A stretch of 64,000 nt of DNA from Dehalococcoidia bacterium (GCA_965261605.1 OZ253466.1:2589057-2653056), one strand, 5' to 3'. Shown: positions 48,441 through 59,100, numbered from the stretch's first letter. Numbers and translations are program-made. The notes: a model not told the origin generated them from the sequence alone.

Positions 48441-49163
48441 ATGAGTAAGACAAAGAGCGGAGTCGCTTTCATCGTAATTGCCGCCGCCATCGCCGGCGCA
48501 GTCTACCTGTGGATGGTCGCTAACACTCCAGAGGTTAGCGGCCAATTGGTTCCAAGTGGAGCGTGTGTCGAAACGGACGCTGTGGTCTCCTACGACATCG
48601 ACGTTATCGACACTGAAGTCTCTGACGGACAAACATTTCGCATGAGACGTCAGATCAGCATTTCAGGCAGGGACTTTCACTCAATCACATCAGACTTGGC
48701 TGGAACCTGGAAAACGGAGACCAAGCAGGTAGGTGGAGTCGGGTATATACGCACGGGGGTCGGCACTGAAGAGACCCTCTGGCAACGTCTGGAAAGGCCA
48801 CTTAACGACATTACAAGGAACGATGCAGGACTTGGCTCCAATCCAATGTGCCCTGATGTAAGCCGGTTTCGGAGGATAGGTTCGGAGCGGGCGGCAGATG
48901 GCACCGATCTGAGGCGATACACGGACGCGCCGGAAGACGGTTCAAGGGCCGCAATGCGATCAGCACCAGGGCTACCTAGCGGGCAACGGTCAGTTCAGCA
49001 GGAGGTCCTAGTAGACCAGCAAGGCCAGCTACGTGAGCTTCGGATAGACGAGGAATTGCGCTACATCGAAAATGGGACTCCAGTTCATTCAACATTCCGT
49101 CGGAAAGAGACGTTTTCCGGCATCGGCGAGGCCAACGAGATCACGGCGCCGGTCGTACCTTAG
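48441..49163 (+). CDS. Membrane-anchored protein, LppX/LolA-like fold suspected (cassette 1)
   Basis: N-terminal TM; 2 nt after the upstream stop; C-terminus FSGIGEANEITAPVVP. Confidence 0.7.
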   Translation: MSKTKSGVAFIVIAAAIAGAVYLWMVANTPEVSGQLVPSGACVETDAVVSYDIDVIDTEVSDGQTFRMRRQISISGRDFHSITSDLAGTWKTETKQVGGVGYIRTGVGTEETLWQRLERPLNDITRNDAGLGSNPMCPDVSRFRRIGSERAADGTDLRRYTDAPEDGSRAAMRSAPGLPSGQRSVQQEVLVDQQGQLRELRIDEELRYIENGTPVHSTFRRKETFSGIGEANEITAPVVP

Positions 49164-49283
49164 CTGGATGATGTCAGTCGGTGTCTTGGCATAGAATGGC
49201 AATGGCTAGCAGCCTGTCCGAGAAACACGGTTGGCGAGTGGTTGGGGGTATGATGGGTCCAGTCCAGTAGCGGGGAGTTGTTG

Positions 49284-50750
49284 ATGAGCAAGACCTACCT
49301 TCCCTACGAACCCGACCAGCAGTTGCTGTTGCCGGCGGCGTTGCAGGAGTGGCTGCCTGACGACCATCTGGCCTACTTCATATCCGACGTGGTGGACCAG
49401 TTGGACATGTCGGAGGTCACCGCTCGCTACGAGCGGGAACGGCGTGGCGGGCCTCCGTATCATCCACGGATGATGGTCAAGGCGCTGCTCTACGGCTACT
49501 GCGTCGGGGTGGCGTCCTCACGCCGCATCGCCCAGCGTCTCCACGAGGACATCGCCTTCAGGGTGTTGGCGGCGAACAACACACCGGACTTCCGGACCAT
49601 CTCCGACTTTCGCAAGGATAATCTGGATGCGCTGTCGGGCCTGTTCATACAGGTACTGGCGTTGTGCCAGCAGGCGGGGCTGGTGAAGCTGGGGCACGTG
49701 GCGCTGGACGGCACGAAGGTCAAGGCCAACGCATCGAAGCATAAGGCGATGAGTTATGGACGCATGAAGGAGAGGGAAGCGCAGTTGGCGGCGGAGGTAG
49801 CGGAGTTGTTGCGACAGGCTCAGGCAACGGATGAAGAGGAAGACCGGCGGTACGGCAAAGACAAGCGTGGAGATGAGTTGCCGGAGGAGTTGGCCTTTCG
49901 AGAGGGTCGGTTGGAGAAGATACGGGAAGCCATGGCGGCGCTGGAAGCCGAGGCGCAGGCGGCTGCCGAACAGGCCGAGACCGAAGGTGGTAAGCTCCCG
50001 GGTGTGCCCGATGACAAGGCCCAGCGCAACTTCACCGATACTGAGTCGCGCATCATCCCCGCGCCTGGAGGAAAGGACTTCCTGCAAGGGTACAACTGTC
50101 AGGCGGTGGTGGACAGCGCTCACCAGGTGATCGTGGCGGCGCGGGCCACCAACCAGACTTCGGATAAGCAACAGGCTGCGGCGATGATGGAGGAGACCAT
50201 CGACAACGTCGGCGCAGTCCCCAGGGAAGTATCCGCCGATGCCGGCTACTACTCGGCAAAGGCAGTCGACGAGCTTTATGCTCTGGGCGTGGACCCGTTC
50301 GTCGCGCCGGAGCAGACCCGCCACGGCCGGGTTGTGCCACCCGCGCCCCGAGGTCGCATACCCAGCCATCTGTCCCCCAGGGACCGGATGCGACGGAAGT
50401 TACAGACCAAGCGGGGTCGGCAGCGCTACGCTTTGCGGATGCAAACTGTGGAGCCGGTATTCGGTCAGATCAAGCAGGGCCGGGGATTCCGGCAGTTCCT
50501 GCTGCGGGGACTGGAGAAGGTGAACGGCGAATGGTCGCTGATCTGCACGGGCCACAACCTGCTCAAACTGTTCCGCTTTGGGGTCAATCTGCACAGGAAA
50601 GCACGGGGCGATGGGCCAGCCCAACGCATCAGGAACTTTTGCCGAGGTAGTGAGCACGGCGCTATTCGCAAAGCTATCTGGGGGCTGGCCGGGGCAACCG
50701 GCACAATTAATTGTCGCGATCCATTGTCGCTGACCCGCAAGAACCGCTAG
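49284..50750 (+). CDS. IS1182 transposase
   Basis: YHPRMMVKALLYGY, PDFRTISDFR, ALDGTKVKANAS, ADAGY, VEPVFGQIK. Confidence 0.93.
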   Translation: MSKTYLPYEPDQQLLLPAALQEWLPDDHLAYFISDVVDQLDMSEVTARYERERRGGPPYHPRMMVKALLYGYCVGVASSRRIAQRLHEDIAFRVLAANNTPDFRTISDFRKDNLDALSGLFIQVLALCQQAGLVKLGHVALDGTKVKANASKHKAMSYGRMKEREAQLAAEVAELLRQAQATDEEEDRRYGKDKRGDELPEELAFREGRLEKIREAMAALEAEAQAAAEQAETEGGKLPGVPDDKAQRNFTDTESRIIPAPGGKDFLQGYNCQAVVDSAHQVIVAARATNQTSDKQQAAAMMEETIDNVGAVPREVSADAGYYSAKAVDELYALGVDPFVAPEQTRHGRVVPPAPRGRIPSHLSPRDRMRRKLQTKRGRQRYALRMQTVEPVFGQIKQGRGFRQFLLRGLEKVNGEWSLICTGHNLLKLFRFGVNLHRKARGDGPAQRIRNFCRGSEHGAIRKAIWGLAGATGTINCRDPLSLTRKNR

Positions 50751-51936
50751 GGAATCTCTGAATAACAGGACATCAGCCGGGTTTAAGTTGACTGTGCCTG
50801 TTTTGCGGAAATGTTCCGCCACCGATGGGGCGTCATAGGGACATTGGTGGCCTTGTACCGGCCCCACCAGGGGTCTCCAGCCGGAGTTGAGCCCACTGCT
50901 CCCACTTCAGGCCGCCAATCGGCTCTCGGCGGTCAACAAGTTACCCAATCCCAACAGCAGCGCCAGACGTTGGGTGTTCTTGGCCAGACCCCGGTAGCGG
51001 ACTTTGGCATAACCGAACAGCTGCTTCACCTTCAGGAAGGGATGCTCCACTTTGGCCCTAATGGATGCCTTGCGCTTCTCCGTCAAGGCAGCATTACTCC
51101 CCGGATCCAGTTGCCGCCGCCGCCCCGGCTTCATAGCCACCTGCCAATCCAACGCCAACTCCCGATTCTCCCACCTTTTCTCGACTCCCACGTACCCAGC
51201 ATCCCCCCATACCTGCGACTCTCCGCCGTGCAGCAACCGGTGGGCTTCGGTCACGTCATGCACGTTGGCCGGGGTCGTCGCTAAGCTGTGCACCACACCC
51301 GTATCCGCATCCACCCCAATATGCACTTTCATCCCAAAGTGATATTGGTTCCCCTTCTTGGTCTGGCGCATCTCAGGGTCTCGCGCCCCAGCCCGGTTCT
51401 TGGTGGACGACGGCGCTTCTATGATGGTGGCGTCCACTATGGTCCCTTCCCTCAGCCGCAGTCCCCGGGATTCCAGATAACCTTTGATCTCCTCAAACAG
51501 ACCCTCCCCCAACTCATGCTTCTCCAGGATATGACGGAAGTGCAGTATCGTGCTCTCGTCTGGCAGCGCCTCCGACAGCCGCAGTCCCACGAACCGCCGC
51601 ACCGACTCCGCCTCGTAGAGCAGGTCCTCCATCCCAGGATCGCTGAGATTGTAGAACAACTGCACGCAGTGAACTCTCAGCATCACCGACAAATCATATG
51701 GCTGACGCCCTCGACCAGCTTTAGGGTAATACGGGCGGATACGCTCCTCCAGACGCTGCCAAGGAATCAGACCATCCATCCGTTCCAGAAATACCTCCCG
51801 ACGGGTCCTCCGCTTCTTGCTCTCGTATTCCACGTCTGCAAATGTCGGCTGCTCCATCATCTCTTCACTCCTCCATCACCATTGTTTGCTCACCTCTATT
51901 ATAATGCCTCAACCCACAGACTTATTCAGAGATTCC
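50751..51936 (-). mobile_element. IS5 family (IS5 subgroup) element nested in IS1182
   Basis: TIR GGAATCTCTGAATAA at both ends; CTAG TSD at 50747-50750 and 51937-51940. Confidence 0.93.
50907..51860 (-). CDS. IS5 transposase
   Basis: PDESTILHFRH, IVDATII, YHFGMKVHIGVD, WGDAGY, IRAKVEHPF, RYRGLAKN. Confidence 0.95.
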   Translation of the reverse strand: MMEQPTFADVEYESKKRRTRREVFLERMDGLIPWQRLEERIRPYYPKAGRGRQPYDLSVMLRVHCVQLFYNLSDPGMEDLLYEAESVRRFVGLRLSEALPDESTILHFRHILEKHELGEGLFEEIKGYLESRGLRLREGTIVDATIIEAPSSTKNRAGARDPEMRQTKKGNQYHFGMKVHIGVDADTGVVHSLATTPANVHDVTEAHRLLHGGESQVWGDAGYVGVEKRWENRELALDWQVAMKPGRRRQLDPGSNAALTEKRKASIRAKVEHPFLKVKQLFGYAKVRYRGLAKNTQRLALLLGLGNLLTAESRLAA

Positions 51937-51970
51937 CTAGATAATCCTCGGACGGGCTGCTAGGATAGAG

Positions 51971-52721
51971 ATGCGCGTTCCCATAGCGGTAGGGGTCGTT
52001 ACGCTCCTAACGGCACTGGCGGTCGGCATCGTCTGGTGGCTCGCCCAAGGAGGGGAGACCTCCGAAGCCAGCGCGCAAGAGGTGCTGATAGAGGCTTGCG
52101 AGAAGGCGTCGGCCTCCTCTCACTTCGACATCATCACCACCACCACCGGGCCTGACCATGACGACACGTATTTCGCGGATGAGGGTCGCGAGCAACGCCG
52201 CCTGTATTGACTATCATCTGGTCGCCCACCTCCGCGAGAGGTCTACCTACATTGAGGCCATCTTTGCAGATGGAAAGGCTTACTCCCGCGTGACTGAGCA
52301 ACAGGGAGAAGGCAAGTGGGAAAGGGATACCTCCAAGACGGTCACTGACTCACTGGTAGCGGGGAAGCTGGGCCTTGGGTCCCTGTCGGAAGGCAACATC
52401 GTCTGCCCGGAGCTACACAACACTTCCAAGGTCGGAACCGAAACCATTGAGGGCACGAAGACCACCCGCTACCACGACTCCTATTCGATTGACCAGGCGA
52501 AGTATATCTTTCCAGACGAAAAGGAGAGAGCCGGACGCACCTTCGTCGTTCACCACGCCTGGGATTTCTGGATCGATTCAACAGGCCTGTTGGTGCAGGT
52601 CAAGAAGGTCGATTCATATCCGCCCCTTGAAGGACACAGCGAGCGGCAGGTGTTTGAGGAAGTCACCACAATATCGGGTGTAGGGGAGACCAACACAATC
52701 ACGGCGCCGGTGGTACCGTAG
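51971..52721 (+). pseudogene. Paralog of 48441 gene (cassette 2), frameshifted near 52160-52200
   Basis: TM N-terminus in 51971..52210; remainder in 52158..52721 ending ISGVGETNTITAPVVP. Confidence 0.75.
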
Positions 52722-52774
52722 CCGGATGATGTCAGCCGGTGTCTTAGCATTGAATGGCAATGGCTAGGATAGAG

Positions 52775-53030
52775 ATGCGCGTTCCCATAGCGGTAGGGGT
52801 CGTCGCGGTCGCGGCGCTCGCTGCGGCGGGTGCGGCCTGGTGGCTTGGGGCTTGGCTCAGGAGACGCTCCGACGGAGGCCAGCGGCCAAGCGGTGGTTCA
52901 GAACGCCTGCGAGGTTGCGGAGGGTATGCGCAATTACGACATGCACACGGTTATGGACGGGCCGTTTGACAACGATCAGGGAACCCCAACGCCTCAGCGT
53001 ATAGAGCTGGATACAAGAGTTGCCGGCCCA
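52775..53030 (+). pseudogene. Truncated third paralog (cassette 3)
   Basis: Starts MRVPIAVGVV like cassette 2; frameshifted; cut at the start of leader copy 3. Confidence 0.7.
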
Positions 53031-53700
53031 TGACCATCATGCGTAAGGAACCCCTGTTCCAGCGCTACCCTCAGCCTCTGCTCTCAATCAGGACTCGATC
53101 AGGCGCTGGAGGTTGTCATTCAAGCTCAGCTGAATTTCTTCCACACCAGTTCCCCCAAAACTCGACAATGCCTCCACCGCCCGCCCGTCGCCGATAGCAG
53201 ACTTACTCCACATTCAACACACTCCCGGCCCACCTGTTGTCGTTCCGGGTACAGGTCCAGATGGCGATGAATATCATTTGCGCTACGTTTTCCGCCCTCG
53301 GAAAAGCGCTCGTTTCGTGAATACCGCGAGCTACTAAGTCGGTATGACGTTCTACATCGTCAAGCAGCGCCGTACTTAAGAACCGGTCGGTCCCAAAGCT
53401 GTACCCCCAGATGTCCTCTGCCCGTCCTTAGTCATAGAGGCAATACCGGCCAGTTTGCGGTCATGGCTGGGCGGCGATATGGGCATATGTCCATCTTGCA
53501 GCTTCAGTTGCCCATACGCTCCTGTAGACAAATGCCTAAATGCAAATTGAGCGTTTAAGCCTTATATCCGGCTTGGAGGATCACTACGATTTAAGTTGGT
53601 GAGGGCTAACTTGCAGGCGGCCAGCCTTGCTATGGGCAACGAGAAGTCCAGGCAATCATACGAGGTTAGGTGAGACGAGCGATGACCGGCGCCGGTAAAG
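53024..53700 (+). promoter_or_regulatory. Conserved promoter/leader module, copy 3
   Basis: Boxes at 53480-53493, 53501-53514, 53525-53538; distal ~85 nt shared with copy 1. Confidence 0.82.
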
Positions 53701-53711
53701 GAGGAACAACC

Positions 53712-54905
53712 ATGATGACTCGCATAGATAGACGACGATTCCCCATCCTGATCGCCGCCATAACGGCCTTGGCCCTGGCGGGCGCCGCGCTGGCCCTGCT
53801 CTTCTCCCCGGTGCAGGCGCAGGAGGGTGACGACGCGCCTGTGATAGCGTCGATTGAGATTGTCTCCGACCCCGGAGACGATGACACCTACCGGGCAGCG
53901 GACACCATCGAATTCAAGGTGTCTTTCAATGCCCGCGTTTACAACGTCGGTGGTAGGGCAACCCAGCTCAAATTCGTGATTGGCGATGAGGACAGAGTGG
54001 CCGGGTACAGCTACGGCTCCTCTAGCGAGTACTACTTTCAATACAACGTGAGATGGAACGATCATGACGACAACGGTATCTCGTTCAAGGCTGACGCGCT
54101 CGACCTGAATGGCGGCGCCCTTCAACGCTACGATGGATTGGCCCTGGACCTCTCCAGCGACGCTGTTCCGGACAATCCCGCGCACAAGGTCGATAGCGCT
54201 ATCACAGTGCTCTTGTATGGCGACCAATCCCCAGTGGTGAGCGAGAACACCTACCGCCTCATTGAGCTACGGTACAGCCAGGACAACCTCTTCTATGGAC
54301 AGGAGGACCCGACGTTCGGTTTGACGGGCGTCGACAGCGACGACTTCGTGATCACTGAGGAAGGGCTCCTCTCATTCAAGGTAACGCCCGATTTTGAGAA
54401 CCCTACCGATTCGGACGGCGACAACGTGTACGAATTCACGGTGACGGCATCTGTTCCAGGGCTGAGAGACGGCTCGCTGGACGTCATGTTGACTGTCACC
54501 AACGAGGTGGAGCCAAGCGATCCAGGCGCGCCTCCCATTGTACGCCATGTCGGAATCACTTCCTATCCGGAGAGTGACCAGACCTACCGGTTAGGAGATT
54601 CCATAAGCGTCAGGTTGAGATTCAGCCAGAGTGTCGCGGTAACAGGGACGCCACAGATCGAATTGAACGTCGGCGGCGAAGCCAGGACCGCCAACTACAG
54701 CAGTACCGATGGCGTGGATTTGACCTTCACCTACGTGGTCGCCGGTGGCGACAGGGACAGCAATGGCATAGGCGTAGTCGAGGATACGCTGACCCTGAAC
54801 GGCGGTTCCATCAGGAACCCGGATGGAGGAGCCGATGCTGTCCTGACTCATTACGCTATCTTCAACCAACCAGGGCAAAATGTGGACGCTTCCGGAGGAC
54901 TATAG
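53712..54905 (+). CDS. Secreted protein with Ig-like repeat modules and a cadherin domain
   Basis: AGGAGG RBS; signal MMTRIDRRRF..PVQA; PDFENPTDSDGDNVYEFTVTA cadherin motif; ends GGL. Confidence 0.85.
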   Translation: MMTRIDRRRFPILIAAITALALAGAALALLFSPVQAQEGDDAPVIASIEIVSDPGDDDTYRAADTIEFKVSFNARVYNVGGRATQLKFVIGDEDRVAGYSYGSSSEYYFQYNVRWNDHDDNGISFKADALDLNGGALQRYDGLALDLSSDAVPDNPAHKVDSAITVLLYGDQSPVVSENTYRLIELRYSQDNLFYGQEDPTFGLTGVDSDDFVITEEGLLSFKVTPDFENPTDSDGDNVYEFTVTASVPGLRDGSLDVMLTVTNEVEPSDPGAPPIVRHVGITSYPESDQTYRLGDSISVRLRFSQSVAVTGTPQIELNVGGEARTANYSSTDGVDLTFTYVVAGGDRDSNGIGVVEDTLTLNGGSIRNPDGGADAVLTHYAIFNQPGQNVDASGGL

Positions 54906-54977
54906 GCCTCTACGGAGCGCCCCGCAGCGCCAAGTGTCAAGTAAGGAGAACTCTAAGTGGCTTACGGGAGAAATTGG

Positions 54978-56192
54978 ATGATAACTGACCGGAAGTTGAG
55001 CAAGCTGGCGTTGGCGACGTTGGCCGCGCTGTGCCTCGTTCTCTTTGTCGCCTGCGGAGGAGGAGACGCGGGGCTGTCCCGCGCCGAGGTTGAGGAGATA
55101 GTGCGCGAGGAGCTGACCGAAGCGCCCGCGCCGGAGCCGGGACTCACCGCGGACGACGTGGATGAGGCCATCCGCAGTGCGATGGCGGACATGCCCCAGC
55201 CGCAACCGGGGGTTACCCGGAATGAGGTCGAGGAAATAGTCAAAGCCGCTATCGACGTCACTCCCGCGCCACAGCCGGAGCCGGGACTCACCTCCGCCGA
55301 CGTGGAGGAAGCCATCCGCAGTGCGATGGCGGAGATGCCACAGCCGGAACCCGGACTCACCGCGGACGATGTCCAGCGGATCGCGCGCGGCGTGGCCGCC
55401 TCCATCCCCCCCAGGTCCGCCCCCATCGAGTACACCCAGTTCTTCGTGGAGAAGGCCATCACCCGTTACCAGACCCAGGGACTCGACGCCACCCTCGCCC
55501 ACTACAACCGGGAGGAGGCCGTAGACGGCCAGTGGTACGTGTTCATCGTCGATGAGAACGACCTGGTCATTGGGCACCCCGACCCTAGCCGCATAGGGCT
55601 TGACCTGAAGGGCTGGGTGGGCACCGACGCCAACGGGTACATCTTCGGGCAGGAGATGCTGTCGGCCACAGAGGAAGGCAAGTGGGTGTCCTACGTGTTC
55701 CGGAACCCGGAGAGCGGCGGACTCGGCTCCGACAACACCGGCTCCGTGCAGCTCAAGAACGCCTGGGTGGTGCGGCATGACGGACTGCGGTTCGGCTCCG
55801 GCTGGTATATCAACGCCGACAAGTTCACCAAGTCCCTGGTGTTCGCCGCCGTCAACAAGTTCCGTTCGGCGGGACTGGAAGCGACTATCGCATATTTCAC
55901 CGGCCCCGAGAGCGTCTATTCAGGACTGGCAGCGACCATCGGCTACTACAACAGCGCCGAGACCGTTGAAGGGAAATGGTTCGCGTTCATAGCCGACAGC
56001 AGCGGCGGAATCGTAGACCACTACGACAAAGCGCTGGTGGGAACGGACCTCAAAGATCTGCTCGGCTTTGATATACCCGATGCTCCCGCAGAGGGCAACT
56101 GGGTGACAACGGAGGACGTGCGCGTCTGGGTGGTCGGCTACGACGGGCTGATATTCGGCTCCGGCTGGCGCCATGACGAGTCTGGAAGATGA
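54978..56192 (+). CDS. Lipoprotein with helical repeats and tandem Cache-like domains, no output domain
   Basis: Lipobox FVAC; EPGLTxxDVxEAIRSAMA repeats; WYVFIVDE..GHP..DANG..GKWVSY..K..WV...FGSGWY. Confidence 0.8.
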   Translation: MITDRKLSKLALATLAALCLVLFVACGGGDAGLSRAEVEEIVREELTEAPAPEPGLTADDVDEAIRSAMADMPQPQPGVTRNEVEEIVKAAIDVTPAPQPEPGLTSADVEEAIRSAMAEMPQPEPGLTADDVQRIARGVAASIPPRSAPIEYTQFFVEKAITRYQTQGLDATLAHYNREEAVDGQWYVFIVDENDLVIGHPDPSRIGLDLKGWVGTDANGYIFGQEMLSATEEGKWVSYVFRNPESGGLGSDNTGSVQLKNAWVVRHDGLRFGSGWYINADKFTKSLVFAAVNKFRSAGLEATIAYFTGPESVYSGLAATIGYYNSAETVEGKWFAFIADSSGGIVDHYDKALVGTDLKDLLGFDIPDAPAEGNWVTTEDVRVWVVGYDGLIFGSGWRHDESGR

Positions 56193-59100
56193 GGGGCCGT
56201 TGCCCCACCCGGACTGGGAATTCTTACAAGTTTCAGGACGCCGAACGAGAGGAGAAAGCATGAACATGAAAAGCTTGGTCAACGGATGGATGCTCCGAGT
56301 TGCGGTGGTGGCGGCGGTTGCCTTTGCGGGGCTGCTGTCCCTGCAGGGGGTGGTATTTGCAGGTCACATCGAGTATGACCTTCTCTGTGGTGATGGGATG
56401 GTCACGGAGGGCGATGACCTGAGAGTCAGGGTTCATGAAGAGGTCGGGGAGCAATTCGGTAGGCCGGAAATCTGGTGGTACACAGAGGTCGGGACTGCGG
56501 ACGAATCAGACTACACGCCCCTTCACGGAAAGAAACAGGTATTCTCAGAGGAACAAGACTACAATGACCGGCTGTATCGCAACATACACACTACGGAGGA
56601 TATTTACCCGGAGCTGGATGAGACGTTCAACCTCCGGATAGGCAATCAGCACAACACAAGCAACAAGACCAGTTGCACGGTCACCATAGTGAACGACGAC
56701 GGGGGAGGCGTTTACAAGTCGGAAATTACCTCCACTCCCGCGGACGGCGAAACGTACCGGAGCGGCGAAATCATCGAGGTCACGATGACGACGACCCATC
56801 CGGTAAGTCTCCCAAACAACGTCGTGGCGGTGATTCTCCGGGTAGGGGAAGGGGACGACAACTCCCGATTTGCTACATTCGTCGGCGACGTCACCGTATT
56901 CCACAGTACGATGGTATTCCAATACGAGGTGCAGCTGACCGACATGGACACTGACGGCGTCAGTGTTGATGAGGGCGACGCGGAATCAGGATTCCCCGAC
57001 GCTCTTGGGTTAAGCTCCCAGGTACAGGTGATTATGGGCGGTGACTATCACCCCATCAACAAGGTCTACCGGGGGATTGCCGAATCCTGGAGCCACAGGG
57101 TGGACGGCAGACCCTACGTGAAGGACAGAAGGATAGTCTCTACTCCGGAGGACGGTATTGCCTACCGGGTTGGGGAGAGTATCGACATAGACATGACCTT
57201 CGACCAGGATGTCCAGTTCTCGGGGGGTCCCTCTCCCTCTCTCTATCTCCACTTAGACGGACCATCGTGGAGGCCGTCCGCCGGATTCACTGAGACTGCC
57301 TTCTACGATCCCGACGCGAGCACCGCCTCCCGTTACCGCTTCTCCCACATCGTGCGTGAGAGGGAACAAGACAATAACGGCATCTCCATCAGGGGAGGAT
57401 GGGGCGGCTCGGAGGCTTACGCCGTAGCAAACCCCCTAGTGCGCGCATATCGCGCGTTCAGCCGCCAAGACAACATTCCGGGTCACAACGTGGACGGCGG
57501 CGGCGGGCGCCCCAGTATCACCAGCCTGACGGTGACGTCCAGTCCGAGGGTTGGCGATACCTACGGAGAGGGTGAGTTCATAAAAATAACGATGGAAATC
57601 GACCAACCGGTGGCGCTTCTGAGTTCAGCGCACATAGGCCTGGAGGTGGGGACAGAGCCAAAGAGCGGAATTTACTGGCCCCGTGACCCCGGCACCGACT
57701 CCGACTCCCTCGTGTTCGCTTACAGAGTGTTTACCAACCACGTGGACAACGACGGGATCACTATCAAGGCGAATGGACTATGGGGGGACATCGTCCTGGC
57801 AGCAGACCAGTCCCTGCCGTTGAATAGCGACTACCCAGCGCAGCGGAACCTGTCGGACCACAAGGTGGACGGCTCCTTGACTTCGCGTCCGACAATTGAG
57901 TCCCTGACGTTCGTATCCGATCCCGGGCCGGACGGGTTCTACGGCAGGGGCGACGTAATCCAGTTGCGACTCGACTTCACGGAGAGGGTCACTAGCGCGC
58001 TTTCCGGTGAAGAGGAATGGCGGCTACCCGTGGTGAAGATGCACTTAGGCGGTAATGTTCGGGACGCCAAGTATGATCGGGATGAGGATGGGGCCATCTT
58101 CTTCACCTATACGGTGACCGAGTATGACCGCGACAAGGACGGCATCGCTTTTTACGGGCAATGGCTGGATGACGGGTACGATAGCGAGTTCTTTGCGGAA
58201 GATGGAACTGTGGCCGACACCTCGGGAGATACGGCCATCTGGGCCAATGCCGACCACAAAGTTGACGGCCGTGCAAGAGTGACAGGTGTAGGGGTGGTGT
58301 CTTCGCCGGAACACCAGGCGGGTTATCGCGCCGGCGAGACAATCGAACTTGAAGTCACCTTTGAGACCAAGGTCACGGCAACCAGCGAGGCGGGCCTCAA
58401 ACTGAGTATTGGCAAAAACAACAGGACCGCTCTGTACTCCGGAGAAGCCGATGCGCCGGCAAGTGAAACGATACGCTTTGCCTACGTAGCGCAGCCGGGC
58501 GACATAGACGACAACGGATTGACCATCCCGGCTATGGCGTACGACGGACTGGGCAGCGGCGCCGTTGCCACGTCCAATGGGTCCAATGTGAACCATAGCT
58601 TCGCCGCACAGGAGGACCTGGCCGGCCAGTTGGTGGACGGAAACGCTCACGCCAAATCGGTTGAGGTGGTCAGCAGTCCGGCATCGGACGATGCATACCT
58701 GGAGGGCGAAGTCATCCGGGTCAGGATCCCGTTCGACCAGGAGTTGGGCGTGGAAGGAGAAGTCTCCATCAGCTTACAGGTAGGCGACCAAGTCAGAACA
58801 GCCTGGTTCGACAGCAGCGGCGACCTGATAACGGACAGCCCCGAGTTCACCTATACTGTGCAGGCCGACGACTACGACGGAGGTGGAATAGAGGTACTTG
58901 ACGGATTTGGCGGAGATGGGTTCATCTTTGGACAAGTTACCCTTAGCGTCCTTGGAAGTATTCGGCCCGTTGTTTTCGTGAACCCAACCCCCGGGGCGCT
59001 TCCCGGACACAGGGTGGGCGAACGCCCCTACGCCACCTCCGTGGAAATAACGGCGGGGCCGTCCGATGGCGCCACCTACGGCGCGGGTGAGAATATAGAA

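Larger units (their letters stand above)
49210..51959 (+). mobile_element. IS1182-family element containing a nested IS5
   Basis: TIRs CAGCCTGTCCGAG / CTCGGACGGGCTG; CTAG TSD at 49206-49209 and 51960-51963; empty-site equivalent at ~52753-52780. Confidence 0.92.

Noticed and set aside
49139-52804. Integron attC sites between cassettes
   Set aside because: No RYYYAAC/GTTRRRY ends or attC-like hairpin, and no integron integrase
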